Positions 27,592 through 40,859 of a DNA stretch of 64,000 bases are shown piece by piece. Source of the stretch: Octopus sinensis (lineage: Eukaryota); contig NC_042997.1 of assembly GCF_006345805.1 (NCBI RefSeq), positions 2,294,001 to 2,358,000 of the forward strand, given 5' to 3'. The notes beneath the pieces are model-generated. The model ran no database searches. It worked only from the letters and a program-made list of their open reading frames with translations, and was not told the origin of the DNA. The number at the start of each line of letters is the position of its first letter. Position 1 is the first letter of the stretch. The translations under genes and the position numbers were made by a program.

Positions 27592-27821
27592 TTAATTATA
27601 TATATATATGAGCCTGACTACGGTTGTGATTTGTCCAGCCTGTGTAACTTATGACGTGTTTTATTACTTCAAATAAACAACTACAAGCTAATGGGTTCAC
27701 ACAGGCGTGAGGTAATCGACCTATGATCATCTGAATGGCTCTTAGCTTTTTGGACAATAGTGTAATTTTGAAGAAGAAACTGTTTCGATGAGTTTATCTG
27801 GCGGTCTTTGCAGGCATGCAG

Positions 27822-27852
<31 letters not shown>

Positions 27853-27979
27853 TGTATGTATGTATGTATGTATGTGTGTGTGTGTGTATGTATGTATGTA
27901 TTTATTACCGTGGTTTTCGAACATACCTGCACATATATTTTGCAGAAACTTATATTCTTTACACTTAGTTATATTAATA

Positions 27980-28100
27980 CGACGGGATGCGGAAACGTTC
28001 CTGGCTTTGTATGAAAGAAAATGCAGGAGCATAATTTAACTATGATTTCATTCAACATACTCCCGCTTCCAATACACACTTACCACTGTAAAAGAACTCG
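27980..28100 (+). mobile_element. Probable mariner-type terminal fragment
   Basis: TA|CGACGGGATGCGGAAACGTTCCTGGCTTTG ... ttcattcaacatactccc resembles mariner left ends; short and degenerate. Confidence 0.35.
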
Positions 28101-28536
28101 GAATTTGATGTCTTCAACCAGGTCTTTCTCGACACCTTTAATTTAAGGCGTGAAACATTTCAAATAACCCGAAATAATAAATTTGTTATAATCTATATTA
28201 AGCCTTCATTCATTATATTTCGCCTATGCCATTGATAGGTTTCTTTTTCCGGGTAAACATTCGTAACTGGCTTACGCTTAAAACCGTTCAGAAACCCGTT
28301 TGGCATACAGTCAGTATATTCTGTATCTAGCGAGAAAATTATGGCCGAATGGAAGTCCTATATGAGATCCACTGCATATGTCGAATGAAAAGCAAAGTTG
28401 CCATCAAGCCTATTGCGACTGTGAGGTTAAAGGGTTGTAACTAAATACTAAACATCATCTTTCCGACGCTCTAAAGATTCTGCAAGAAGCACACACTCAT
28501 ACACACACATATCACACGCATCTCTCAATCTGTGCA

Positions 28537-28577
28537 TATCTATCTATCTGTCTATCTATCTATCTATCTATCTATCG

Positions 28578-28627
<50 letters not shown>

Positions 28628-28651
28628 TTATCTATCTATCTATTTATCTAT

Positions 28652-28699
<48 letters not shown>

Positions 28700-28704
28700 T
28701 TATC

Positions 28705-28787
<83 letters not shown>

Positions 28788-28830
28788 CTATCTATCTGCG
28801 TCTCCCTCACTCTCTCTCTCTATATATATA
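28537..28830. repeat. (TATC)n tetranucleotide microsatellite
   Basis: Visible repeat; source of the YLSI ORF 28532..29038. Confidence 0.97.
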
Positions 28831-28883
28831 TACACGCACACATATGTGTGTATGTGTGCGTGTGTTTATGTGTGTGTATATAA

Positions 28884-29115
28884 GGGTGCATGGTCTAGTG
28901 TTTAGGTTGTCACACTCGCGATTGAGGATTCAGTTCTTGGATCGTGTGTGTAATGTTTTCTGGAGTAAATCATCTAATCGCACGTTGCTCTGCGATCAGT
29001 TGAACATCTTACTTGTGGTACACCGTTCTCCTATTTGATGGAGCGACTGATCTAATCTACAACACATAAACTTGATCACTATGACAAATCATTTGTGCGG
29101 GCCTTTCAGCAAAAA
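28884..29115 (+). mobile_element. tRNA-derived SINE, family C
   Basis: A-box-like tggtctagtg, degenerate B-box cagttcttgg, body cacgttgctctgcgatca ... ttgatcactatgacaaatcatttgtgc. Confidence 0.55.
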
Positions 29116-30600
29116 GAGAGATTCCATTATATATGTGTATAGATATACAAATAAATATATATATGTGGGTATGTGCGAATGTGTGTGTGTGTGTTTGTGG
29201 CTGTGTATGCGTACATGTGTGCACGTATATGCATTTATACATATGCAAGTGTATAATTTAACATAGTACAAATATACATGTATCTAATCGAAATACATGG
29301 ATATCGGATATTTCTGTAAATCTATATCTATTTTCTCTTTGATTCACGAATTTATTGTAAGCATGTTTACAAGGGTGGGGTTTTATTTCTAATCCCCTTT
29401 TAAGTAGGTCTTAACAGATAATATGTTCGAAACATATTCATCCCACTTGGTGTAAACATTGCTGCATCAAACTTAGTTCCTACTGTAATTTTCTACTTAT
29501 TGTATAAAGTATACAAGTAGTAGTTATTTAGTAATGTAAGAAACGTTTCCTGAAGTGCTCTTCAGTTTTTGCAGGAATTTCGATCACAATTTCCCAATAT
29601 CTCAAGTTGTTCGTTGTATTTAAATTCCTAAGACAAATGCTCGATACTCGTAAGTATGCCAATTGCCAATTGTAGTTAGAATTCGGTAATCGAAAAGCAG
29701 ACAAAATACAACGCAGATAAGAAAATATTCAATATTAATTGTTTACCGCAGTACAACATATTTATCCCAGGGGCAATTTTGTAAGAATACAGGAATTGAC
29801 TAGAATATGATAAAAAAAATATAATCTCCAGATTTTTCTTAAGAATGTAAAGTATATACAAAAAAAGAAAACGCATAATAGACTCGAAGATACGCAAATG
29901 TAAACAGAAAAAGAGATTGGGTAGACACATATATACATATGTATCTACTCTCAAACGAACATCCAGAAATACAGACATGCCCACAAGATTATATATTGCA
30001 TACGTATTACTATTTGGTAATATATAGAAATGTCTTAATATTAATATATAGATAACAGTAAGCAGTTCAATTAGTAAATATTTCTTTTTGATTTCCATAA
30101 TATAAATACGTGTATAAATACGCACAGAAAGCCACAAAATGATGTTAAAGCGCTCCTACATATATACATACAAAAACATATGCAATCAAACAGGTGCACA
30201 TAATTATATGTGTATTCGGATGCTTATGTTTGTCCCCTTGTATGACACTGTGAGTAGTTGCTCATTCTATCACAATCAAATTGATGAAACTCTGTCACTA
30301 ATATGTAGTACAGCTACACAATCGTTACCATTCATATATATATATATACGTGTTCTCAAACATATACATGTATGCATAGGTTTATATTTGCATGAATACT
30401 TAGACATATATTGAACAACGGCAAAGAAAATGTTGGTTATGCATTGTGATAAAAATCCGTTACATGCATTTGAGAATAATTTTGGAGAAAATAATGTAAT
30501 GAAAATAAGTATGGTTCGTTTATATGGAAAAAAGAAATGATTCATATTTCTCCTGACACTATATCAAACGTTTCACTAAATGATCTTAGTAAAGTATAAA

Positions 30601-30706
30601 GGCGGCCATCTGGCAAGATCGTTAGCGCGCCGGGGAAATGCTTGGCGCTATTTGTGCCTGTCTGAGTTCAAACTCCGCTGAAGTAGACTTTGCCTTTCAC
30701 CGTTTC
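30601..30706 (+). mobile_element. SINE family B 5' fragment
   Basis: ggcggccatctggcaagatcgttagc ... gagttcaaactccgctgaagtagactttgcctttca aligns with the copy at 9527. Confidence 0.75.
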
Positions 30707-30964
30707 TACAGATATTGACTAACTGACTTCTCTCTAAATAGTGAGTCTTATCTCTAAATTACAGACAAGCTTCCCATTTATCAGTATGTGTGTATATTTA
30801 CCTGACACAATGTACCACTTTAATGCTAATTTGAAACTGGCATAAAGACAGCAATTTCAGGAAAGAGGGTATAAGTCGATTACGTCGACCTCAGTGCTCA
30901 AGTGGTACTTTTTTTTTATCAATTCTATTGTGGTGGGCAAGTGTTCTTGGGTAGAGCAAATATC

Positions 30965-32110
30965 GAGATATATATATATATCTAGGTCATTTGTCATCTT
31001 CTTAGGCTCAGCGTTTCGAGATGTTCCTACAATACTTCGTCCCATGTCTTCTAAGGACACCCTCTTCACGAGTTGCTTCCACTTTAAATGGGAACCTGAT
31101 TATGCAGCTGCTTTCATCCATAATCCTCACATAACCGAACCAACACAGTCTTTTATACTGCAAACTGCTTCTAATTACTATTATGCCTAACTTTTCGCTC
31201 AATATACGAACAGCATTGCAGACATTGTACATCTAACGTAGCATACTAGATTATTTCCTCTGTAGACATTGCATCGCCTCTGCATTCAGGACCACGTTTC
31301 CATAAAATATAATATTACTGCTCGTATACGTGCATCATACAACTTACTTTTCATTCAGAGAAGGGGAGAAAGACACACACACACAGACACACACACACAC
31401 GCACACAGACACACACACACACGTGCACACACACACGCACACACACACAAAGAGAGAAATAAAGAAAGAAAATAATTCAGTTTTCAATAGAGGTGAAAGC
31501 TCTCTGAACATTCCCCATCCTAATCTTCTAGCAATTACAATTACGGTACATCCTCCTCCTCTGCTAATTAGGGCTCCCAGGTAGCAAATGATAGCTACTG
31601 CTTCTAGAAAACCTCCAGAGTATTTGAGAAAATCAATTTTCTGTGTATCTGGAGTCTTTATGACTCTTGTACATCTTCCACATACAAACATTATTTACTC
31701 TGTTTACTTTCCTACTGTTCCACTGCACATGTCTTGTGCCAAGAAATTGCTACCCCTAATTTCCCACAGTTTCCAAACCCGTCTCTTCTATTTTTTAGCC
31801 CTGTGGACTATACTGTTCCACCACCCTGTTATTCTTAATCTGGAAGAAGCTTTTCTCTAACCACAGATTTGGTCCGTCGCCATCAGTAGATCTTATCGTA
31901 AGGACTTCCAGTTGTTTTTTTAGTCATATATCTATGTTTCTTTCACCTTCACATCAGATGTAGTATCCTTGAGATTCCATAACCTCTTGTTTTATATCAT
32001 TTTGTGTCTCACATTCTTCTCGCCCTAATACTAAATCGCTAGCCCTTAATCATTGTTAAATTGTATATTCCTCACCTGGGAAGGACATTGCATTCACAAG
32101 CGTCTGTCTG
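30965..32110 (-). mobile_element. Degenerate RTE-clade LINE relic interrupted by (CA)n
   Basis: ORF 31008..31232 (EKLGI ... RLCWFGYVRIMDESSCI); upstream FLEAVAIICYLGALISRGGGC ... RLGWGMFRELSPLL (ORF 31344..31691) is the RTE YLG-to-thumb region. Confidence 0.85.
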
Positions 32111-33094
32111 TTCTTGTTTCTGTTGAGAATGTATTGCTATCATAGGGAATTGCGCAATCTATGTGAAATTGGTACTGTTTGTTAATTTGTCCTCAGTAAT
32201 CACGTATTGTCTTTGTGCCCAATAGTCTGGTCATTGCTTATAAGCTTGCACAATCTTTTGCAAAATTATCCTTCTCGTTTTCAACATTACCATCTTGAGT
32301 ATAATTCTGCAACACGAGTCTCATGGCTTCTAACTTGTAAGGATTCTCGTGGTGCAATGCAGTTCTGAGAAAGATATTGAATAGATGCTTCTGTTATCCA
32401 TACTGCTTTGAAACGTTAACTCTCCCACTCCCTTGAAATAGAAAATTTAATTCAACAAACCAAATTTTACGTTTATGAATATGTGATCGCTTCGATATGA
32501 TGTAATAGAAGGTTGGTTTCTGTACTACCAATGTATCAAGAAGCTTGGTGATTTTACCTGTAGAAGACAAAATATAGTATGAACATTAATTAAAAGGAAA
32601 ATTTATCAGCATCACGCTCCACTCTAAAATCAAATGGATATAACAGAAACGACAAAGGATCAGATGAACAAAATGTTTACGCTAAATGAATAATAGCAGG
32701 TTTATCAGATAAATATTTCGCAAAAAAAACCAGCAAAAGCTTTATCGATGTTATATACAAGGTTGTACTAATTGGCACAAAATGCACTGATTAACATGAA
32801 GGCGGGCGTGAAGATGAAAATATAGAGAGAACAAAGAGATCTCAAACTCCTTTGACAAAACATCTCGACTGATGCAAGTTGCTTGTAACAAGAATGTTGC
32901 AGAAGTGAAGAAGGCATACAAAAAAAAGGTTGAAATCCATAAAAAGTAACAACATCCATCTACGTATAGAAGGCACTTGTATATGTTACATTATGTTAAT
33001 ACGGAATATGTTATTACCTGCTCATGTTACCTATATATGTTAAGCGAAATTATCCTTTTTCGTTTTTAATGTACGTAGGTAGCTACAAGATAGA

Positions 33095-34325
33095 ACCATT
33101 CTTTGAAGAAAATGAATCACTAACTGCAGACTCCAGGAGATTAACTGAAATACTCCACAAATAATTCCATATGTAAAGAAGCAAACTTGATTATGACTTC
33201 AAAATCTGCAATCCACACAAGCGCCAACCATTGAATATATCGATATAAAAGAAGGGGATGTAATATCGGTTATTGTTAAGATGAACTTGAACCCAATGTC
33301 GGGCGCTAATGTACTTCCAGCTATTTTAAAAATCATATGGTAGAAAACTCTCGGAAAAACAATTGCAGATATTTTTGCAGAGCTTCTTTGCAAGTAGTAA
33401 ATGCCCCAGAATATTAAAATAAGTTATCATATGCTCAAAGAAAGGAGCAGAGAAGATGCTAAGGATTAAAGGCTTGGCTCTATGATCTCACGTGTCTCTC
33501 TATCACATATGCGCAGATCCATGCAGTCACTTATTCCCATCAGCTATGCTATTGATATTACAAGAAAACAAGGCCATAGAGAGCACCTCAAACCTTCAGG
33601 AATATTTTAACGCAACATAGAAGGAGTGTATATATACCGAGATTGCATCAGCGACATACATAGACTATACGGATGCTAAAAGAGCTTAGGCTGAAAACTT
33701 GGAAAGAAGCAGTGCGAGATAAATGCCGTGAAAAATGAACTTATATTTTCGAATCGAATTATCACCAGAGTATGCCGGAGAAGCAAGCTGCCAATCTGCT
33801 TTTATACTCAACAATTACAGTGGCTACAGAAGACTGGAGCAACAAATTTATATACACAGGGTGTTAACTTTATTTACATCAAAAGCTTGCCAACGGGGAT
33901 CTCAGTCCACACAGTTTCGAGGTATTATATAATATATGTAACATATATCGCTGGCATATAACCATGGCTAATTTAGCTATTTCTCTGTAGAGTGAAAACA
34001 TAATGAACAACATGAATCGATTTTCGAATTTTATTGTTTATCCAATTTTAGGATTAAATTCATACCAATCATTGGGCCAAATACCACTAAATATTACCAA
34101 AAATTCCACATTCTTCATCCAATCTAAAAACCTTATACTGTAACAGTATAGGGTTTAAATGCCCGCAATATTCAATACCTTGGGAAGAGGCCACAGACAT
34201 CTCCGAGTTGTAGTTGTGGAATTGTTTAAGGAAAAATAAGACAATTTTTTTTATCAGATATATCAGATGAACACTAGCGCTAGAAGAGCAAAGAAAACAA
34301 CTCTGGCCAACTTACAACTTTGCCA
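33095..34325 (+). mobile_element. Heavily deleted CR1-type LINE relic
   Basis: Fragments IEYIDIKEGDVISVIVKMNLNPMSGANVLPAILK, LQIFLQSFF, LKELRL ... LERS and a 3' LGFKCPQYSIPW / DE ... RRAK ... NSL-like block in collinear order. Confidence 0.6.
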
Positions 34326-35631
34326 GAACCGATTCCAGTGTAAAGAACGGTAAATTTGTCAAAAATGTAACAGTGGTAATAATGGCGCACAGCATGCCCA
34401 AAGCATCTGACTGAAATCGATAACAGAATAATAAAACAGAAACATGCATTTCATTTATAACAGCAATGAAATCAGCATTTCTATGTTTAAAGAATCATAG
34501 AGGCAGTCGCTACTGTGAGAGTGATGTGTCACATGCAAATACGAATAGACGAGCACTTATGCTAAGACACACACATATATATTCACGGATGTATGTAAAA
34601 ATAAACCGAAATAAATCAGTTTATACAGTACATATATAGATTGGTAGGTTAACAGATAGGTAGATAGACATACAGAAAGATAGATAAATCGATAGAAAAA
34701 GATAGAGATACAGTAAGCGAGATAGAGCCAGAAAAGAATGTGAGCAAAAAATACATTGATTGCTAGGCGCCCCTCAATTTTCGAAAAATCATTATAAGTA
34801 TATATTTAGATGACACAACGGGATCGAATTTGAGAGCATTATTGCATATATAAGTATCCTTGAAAACATATATGTTAATTATTTTTACGTAATCTCGGCT
34901 AATCCCATTACAAGCTCTGTACACTATTGAACTTCAAACCAAAGATAATGATGCAATGTGAACGATATATGAATATAGGAACGTAATATTCTACGAGTAT
35001 ATCAATAACAAGTAATATATATTAGACAATAGGTATTCATACGTGTGTATGTCTGTGCGATGTTACTTCTTTTCATGTACACATAGATGTTATGAAGGCC
35101 CATTATCATTATGCATCGGAAAGTGAGTCCGTATTTCGATTTTAATGTCTGCTATGATCATTTTAAATATAATTCTCAATATTAAAGTGACAGCTACATT
35201 AAATTTCCATAGAAATGTTTCGGTGTTTCAGAACTGTGAAACATATATTTCCTCCTTTACATACAGCAGCTGGTGTTTTGTAATTAATATCAGTTCGTTA
35301 TTTATGAGACACTTAATAACGGTTTATACTTAACGTTGTTACATAATACTATATATGTCTATACCGCGACGAAATAAGGCAATATTTATAAACGACGAAG
35401 CAGGCAAGTATAATATTTGTGTATTTCCAACAATTACACCATTACAATAACAAATGGCATTTAGCGAAATTATACTAAATTGTCGAAAATTTTAATGAGA
35501 TTTCATGAAGACAATTTCCATAGCAGTGAACACAATTTCCAAGTGGTATAAGAGAATCATGAAAACTTACAAATTCATTCGCATACGCATATAAGGGATA
35601 ACACTTGCACATCACACATATATATATACTT

Positions 35632-35636
35632 AACCG

Positions 35637-35721
<85 letters not shown>

Positions 35722-35831
35722 CCGATCTATCTATCTTTCTATCTATATCTGTATCTATCGATCCATATACATACATACATATATATATATATTATATATA
35801 TATATATATATTATATATATATATATATATA
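35632..35831. repeat. (TATC)n/(TA)n microsatellite
   Basis: Visible repeat. Confidence 0.95.
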
Positions 35832-35833
35832 TA

Positions 35834-36405
35834 CGAAGTGGTACCGAAAATTTCTGGGCTAGGTCTGTAATGTGCAAACATGGTAGTACACGGTTGCATG
35901 GGCAGTGGGATCTTGCAGTGACGTTCATGAGTCTGTGTGCGAAGTGACCTAACAAGTTGTAAAAATTGTTTTTCTGATCACGTATATGCTATTGTCTGCG
36001 ATTTTTTATGTACACCAACAAAGAGCCAACGTGAAATTTTGCGATAAAGTTGGAAAGGTTGCTACACAGTCATTGAGCATTCTTTAACAAACTTACGACG
36101 ATGACGAAATGTGTCGTACTGAATGTGTCGAGTATCCATGGTGCTTCATAAGAGAAAAAAAGTCCATGTAATACGACGAATAATCTGGAACAGCTGCCAA
36201 GACCGTCACCTCCCGAAAGGTGATATTGTGTATCGATAATTCGTCGGAGAAATGGACCGGACCTGTGGAGCACGAAGAACTAGATCTTTCCCCATGCTCT
36301 CCTCACTCATGAGTTTCTACCCAAAGACTACATGATATCGCTTCCGTACCCGCCATATTATCGCAAGATTTAGCAACTGCGGACTTCTATATCATTCCCA
36401 GAAAC
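35834..36405 (+). mobile_element. Internally deleted mariner-like element
   Basis: QRANVKFCDKVGKVATQSLSIL.QTYDDDEMCRTEC (HTH region) jumping to LPYPPYY..LATADFY.FP (YSPDL region); TA|CGAAGTGGTACCGAAAATTTC left end. Confidence 0.8.
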
Positions 36406-36626
36406 ATATTTGGTACATGTGTGTGTATGCATGCGTTTCTGCACACACACATACACACAAACACAGACACAAGTACGTACGCATACCCATATATGTACAC
36501 ACACACACACAAACCGACACCCACACACGTACGCATACATATATATGCGCCATATTTACCTGCGTGTATAGACATACATATATCGATATATATATGTATA
36601 TATATATATTATTTTATATATACATA

Positions 36627-36665
<39 letters not shown>

Positions 36666-36675
36666 CATACATACA

Positions 36676-36711
<36 letters not shown>

Positions 36712-36712
36712 T

Positions 36713-37911
36713 TTTGAAATATCTATAAAACCGTCGAAAGCGTGATTATTTTGATGTTTTTTTTAGTTATTATTAGTGTTACTTATGTTTTGCTAAAATT
36801 GCTGTTTCATTTCAGATATCATCAAAATAGCGTAATTAAAATTCATTAACTTTCAAAGAAGCCAAATTCTTGGTGCTCGTATGGCAGGCACTAGTGTAAC
36901 GAAAACAGTCGAAGTGTTTGGTGTATCGAAAAATACTTTATCTAAAGTAATAACAAGTTTGAGAAAGAGCTAAAAACCTCCTCGACGAAACAAAACACCG
37001 GAAGAAAACCAAAACAGTCATGTAGGAACTGTTGGACACTTATGCGATTTATTAGAAAGGATCACAAAAGAACAGCTCTCAAATTTACTGCAGAGCTTAA
37101 TAACCACATCGAGAACCTAGTTTCCACAAAATCTGCTCGCCGAGAGCTACACAAAGCCGGATTTCACGGGTGGGCTACAATCAGCAAACTACGGCTTTCA
37201 AAAAGAACCATTGCAAAGCGTTTAGCGCGGAGTAAATACCTATGGAATTGGTCCCTAGAGCAGTAGTAGAAGAATGCTTTTTTCTCTGACGAGACATTCT
37301 GTTTTACCTTATTTTCGACCACCGGCCGAATATACGTGTGGAGACAGCTAAAATAAGCTGATCCAGACTGCTTTCTTCCAAAGGTTAAACATGGTGGAGG
37401 ATCTGTGATAATCTGGCCGTGAGCTATATCTTGGAAATCCGCTGGCCCGCTGGCTTCCCTTTATGGCAGAATTAATAGTCAAGATTATTTAAGTATTTTG
37501 TCTAATCAAATTAAGCCTATGTTCGCGGAACTGTTTCCAGGGAAAAACGCAATCTTTCATGATGATAATGCACCAAATCACACAGCTAAAGTTGTTACTG
37601 AATGGCACAAGGAACAAGTTGAACATCTTATCTGGTCACCAAAGTCCCCAAATCTCAATATTATTGATCATTTATGGTGCATTTTAGAAAAGCCAGTAAG
37701 GATTCGATATGCTCCAGCATCGTCACTACAATAACTGTTGACTGTTTTAGTTGGAGAATAAACACAATTTCCTTTGGAAAAAATTCAATCTTTGTACGAG
37801 TCCATAACTCGCACAATTCAGGCGTTCTTTACTTCCAAAGGCGGCCCTACTCCATATTAAAATTAATTTGTTTGAAATTTAGGATGTTTCTATTGTTTTG
37901 TCAAACCTTTG
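36713..37911 (+). mobile_element. Tc1-like transposon, near full length, transposase broken
   Basis: FQRSQILGARMAGTSVTKT, FFSDETF, FHDDNAPNHTAK, WSPKSPNLNIIDHLW, GGPTPY*; right TIR ending caaacctttg|TA; left TIR replaced by a (TACA)n tract. Confidence 0.92.
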
Positions 37912-37913
37912 TA

Positions 37914-39628
37914 TGTCACCTGGCGAAGTCATTCAAATCAGGAATCGGAAAACAAGGATCATTCAAGTAAAGCGTTATTGTTTACGGAGACTCCGACTCT
38001 AGGAGCTTTATCCGGGATTTCTGGAAGGAATTTGTACAAAGACTTCTTGAACATTATGAGGTCTGTTTCTGTTTTAATGTGTTTTGATGTAATTTTAAAG
38101 AGAGTGACGCCAGTTGAGGTGAAATGAATGTGCCACACTGTTGCTATGAGATGCGAGTATAATTTATGTTGTGGGCGGATAGCACGGGGTACAAGTCTTG
38201 GGTGTATCTTAAAGGTGATGACAACGTCATTTGGGCAATAGTGATAGAATATTTTCCACATCATGCAAATGATGAAGCGTTCACGGCGAATTTGGAGAGA
38301 ATAAACTTGAGCTTTTCTAGTCGATGCCAATTGTCAAGGCCTGTCATACTATCTATCATTTTTTTGTAATTGACCTTTGAGATACTTCAACTTTTATGAC
38401 ACTTTGTTCCGTGTGGGGAGACCACAGTGGAAACAGTATTCAAGATAGGGTCGGGCAAATATGGAGAAGTGAAGATTAATGGTGTGGATAACTTTCGACT
38501 GCTAAGCTCCGAGAATCCAAGAACACCTTCTACGGGCCTTGTCAACTTTGCTGTTTATATGAGCGGCCCAGTTGATGTTGTTGCCTACAATTACTCCCAA
38601 GGGACTGATGTAGTTTGATACCATTAGAGTTTCACTTGAAGGAAGGGAGTATGGAATTTTTAGGATATCCTCATTTTCGAAGTGGACTATCTGAAAAATG
38701 TCCAGTCGCCCACTCCACTGATGGCCTTCTGGAGCATGGATTCATCTGCGAAGATTCTTATGTTGCTGTACATGTTGATGTCAGTAGTGACATAGAGGAA
38801 GATAGTAAAAAGAAGTGGGCCCAATACAATGCCTTGTGGAAAACCAGTACTGACTTTGGCTGGGCTTGATTTTAGTCAGCGTGTTATATTTTTTTTCTGT
38901 CAGGCTGCACTTGATCCATTGTAGAAACTTTCCAGAGGCACTAATGTTGGATAGTGTTTTAAACATAATTTTATGATGCACCTTGTCAAAGGCCTTGCTG
39001 ACATCAAGGTAGGCGACATCGGTGTTGGGGCCCTCGTCCAAGGCTCTCAAATTATTATCAAAGCGATGCAGGAGCTACGTTAGGCAGTTCCTTCCATTAC
39101 GGAATCCGTTTTGGTTGGGTTCAAGAGTCTGTTGTTTTCAAGAACGTGGATAATTCGTGATCTCAATACCATTTCAAATATCTTGATGATATGAGCAGTG
39201 AATGAGATCTGACAGTGGTTCAATTCAAGGGACATTTTGCTAACCTGGGACTAGAGACTGGAATAGAAAATTTCCAGGAATATAGCAAGTATCCAGTGGG
39301 CTTCCCCACAGAGTAGCAATAGGAGATGCAAGTTGGTGTCGACACGTCTTCCGGACGCAAACAGGGAACATATCAAAGCCTACTGCTCAATTGTGCTTAA
39401 TTTCGTTTGCTTCAGCTAAGACATCAGGGGCGCTAAACGATATGTCGGATATAGTGTGTTGGGCCTGAACGTCACTGATACAGCCCAGAGAGGCCATATC
39501 AAGATTGTTGAAAACAATGCCGTATTGTTTCTGCAGTATATCATTCATGGTTTTGGCATTATCTTGGAGATTGCCAATTTTGTTAATTAGAGGTTCAACT
39601 ATGGAGTAAGTGACCTTGTGTTTTTTCG
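37914..39628 (-). mobile_element. CR1-type LINE relic (5'-truncated, RT plus 3' end)
   Basis: ALDEGPNTDVAYLDVSKAFDKVHH (38781..39050), YSLQIRRERFII..MWKI ... FKKSLYKFLPEIPDK (37959..38330), ISDISFSAPDVLAEANEIK linker. Confidence 0.92.
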
Positions 39629-39629
39629 C

Positions 39630-39671
<42 letters not shown>

Positions 39672-39689
39672 GTGGGTTTGTGTGTGTGG

Positions 39690-39893
39690 GTTTGTGCTTG
39701 TGTATGTTTGTGTGTCTGTGTTTATCCCCCCACCATTGCTTAACAACCGATGTTGGTTTGTTGACTCCCGCAATATACCGGTTGAAGAAAATGCATCGAT
39801 GGAATAAGTATTTGGTTCGAGTTGTTCGACTCGAAGGCGGTGCTCCGGCATGGGCGCAGTCAAATGCTAGAAACAAATGAAAGAGTAAAAGAG
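39690..39893 (+). mobile_element. SINE family A 3' half
   Basis: gtttatccccccaccattgcttaacaaccgatg ... gaaggcggtgctccggcatgggcgcagtcaaatg ... gagtaaaagag. Confidence 0.85.
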
Positions 39894-39944
39894 TATACGT
39901 ATATTCATATAAATGTCTGTGTGTACATATATGTATGTTTTTTC

Positions 39945-40332
39945 TTTTTTTTACTTGTTTCAGTCATTATGACTGCGGCCATGCTGGTGCACCGCCTTTA
40001 ATCGAGCAACTCGACGCCGGGACTTATTCTTTGTAGGCCCAGTACTTATTCTATCGGTCTCTTTTGCCGAACCGCTAAGTGACGGGGACATAAACACACC
40101 AGCATCGGTTGCCAATCAATGCTAGGGTGACAAACACAGACACACAAACATATAGGCACATACGTATATATACATATATACGACGGGCTTCTTTCAGTTT
40201 CCGTCTACCAAATCCACTTACAAGACTTTGGTCGACCCGTGGCTATAGTAGAAGACACTTGCCCAAGGTGCCACGCAGTGGGACTGAACCCGGAACCATG
40301 TGGCTGGTAAAAAAGCTACTTACCACAGAGCC

Positions 40333-40333
<1 letters not shown>
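39945..40333 (-). mobile_element. SINE family A, full length, well preserved
   Basis: Minus strand tggctctgtggtaagtagc ... ggttccgggttcagtcccactgcgtggcaccttgggcaagtgtcttctactatagcc ... aaaggcggtgcaccagcatggccgcagtc. Confidence 0.92.
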
Positions 40334-40372
<39 letters not shown>

Positions 40373-40467
40373 ATATATGTAAATATGTATATACGTATAT
40401 ATATATGTATATGTACGTATATATATATTTTTGGGGGTTTCAGCTCAGAGCTGCGGTCATGCTGATG

Positions 40468-40517
<50 letters not shown>

Positions 40518-40859
40518 AAATGACATCCAGAGATTTTTAGTGTAGAAGACGGTAGTGCTCAAAAGATTCAAACCTAGACTCCGCTGACGTTTCAAGGGAT
40601 CGATTCTGGGAGGTAAAGAATAGCTGTTACAGGGATGAATGAGAGCGAGTATAGAGGCGAATATGCGTATAAAGAAATTATATATTTTGAATATATTATA
40701 TATAATAAATATATTAAATACAGTACTTTGGGTCTGAAATAGATAACATTTATAGATGCATGCATGCAGAATGAGAGAAAGCAAAAGGTGAAAATTTCAG
40801 ATGACGAAATTTTAAATATAAACATATCGTTATTCATATTCAAATTTCCAAATTTCACA

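Noticed and set aside
29676-30137. 153-aa hydrophobic minus-strand ORF
   Set aside because: T-rich low-complexity composition, no recognisable motif or splice context; length is plausibly a compositional effect.
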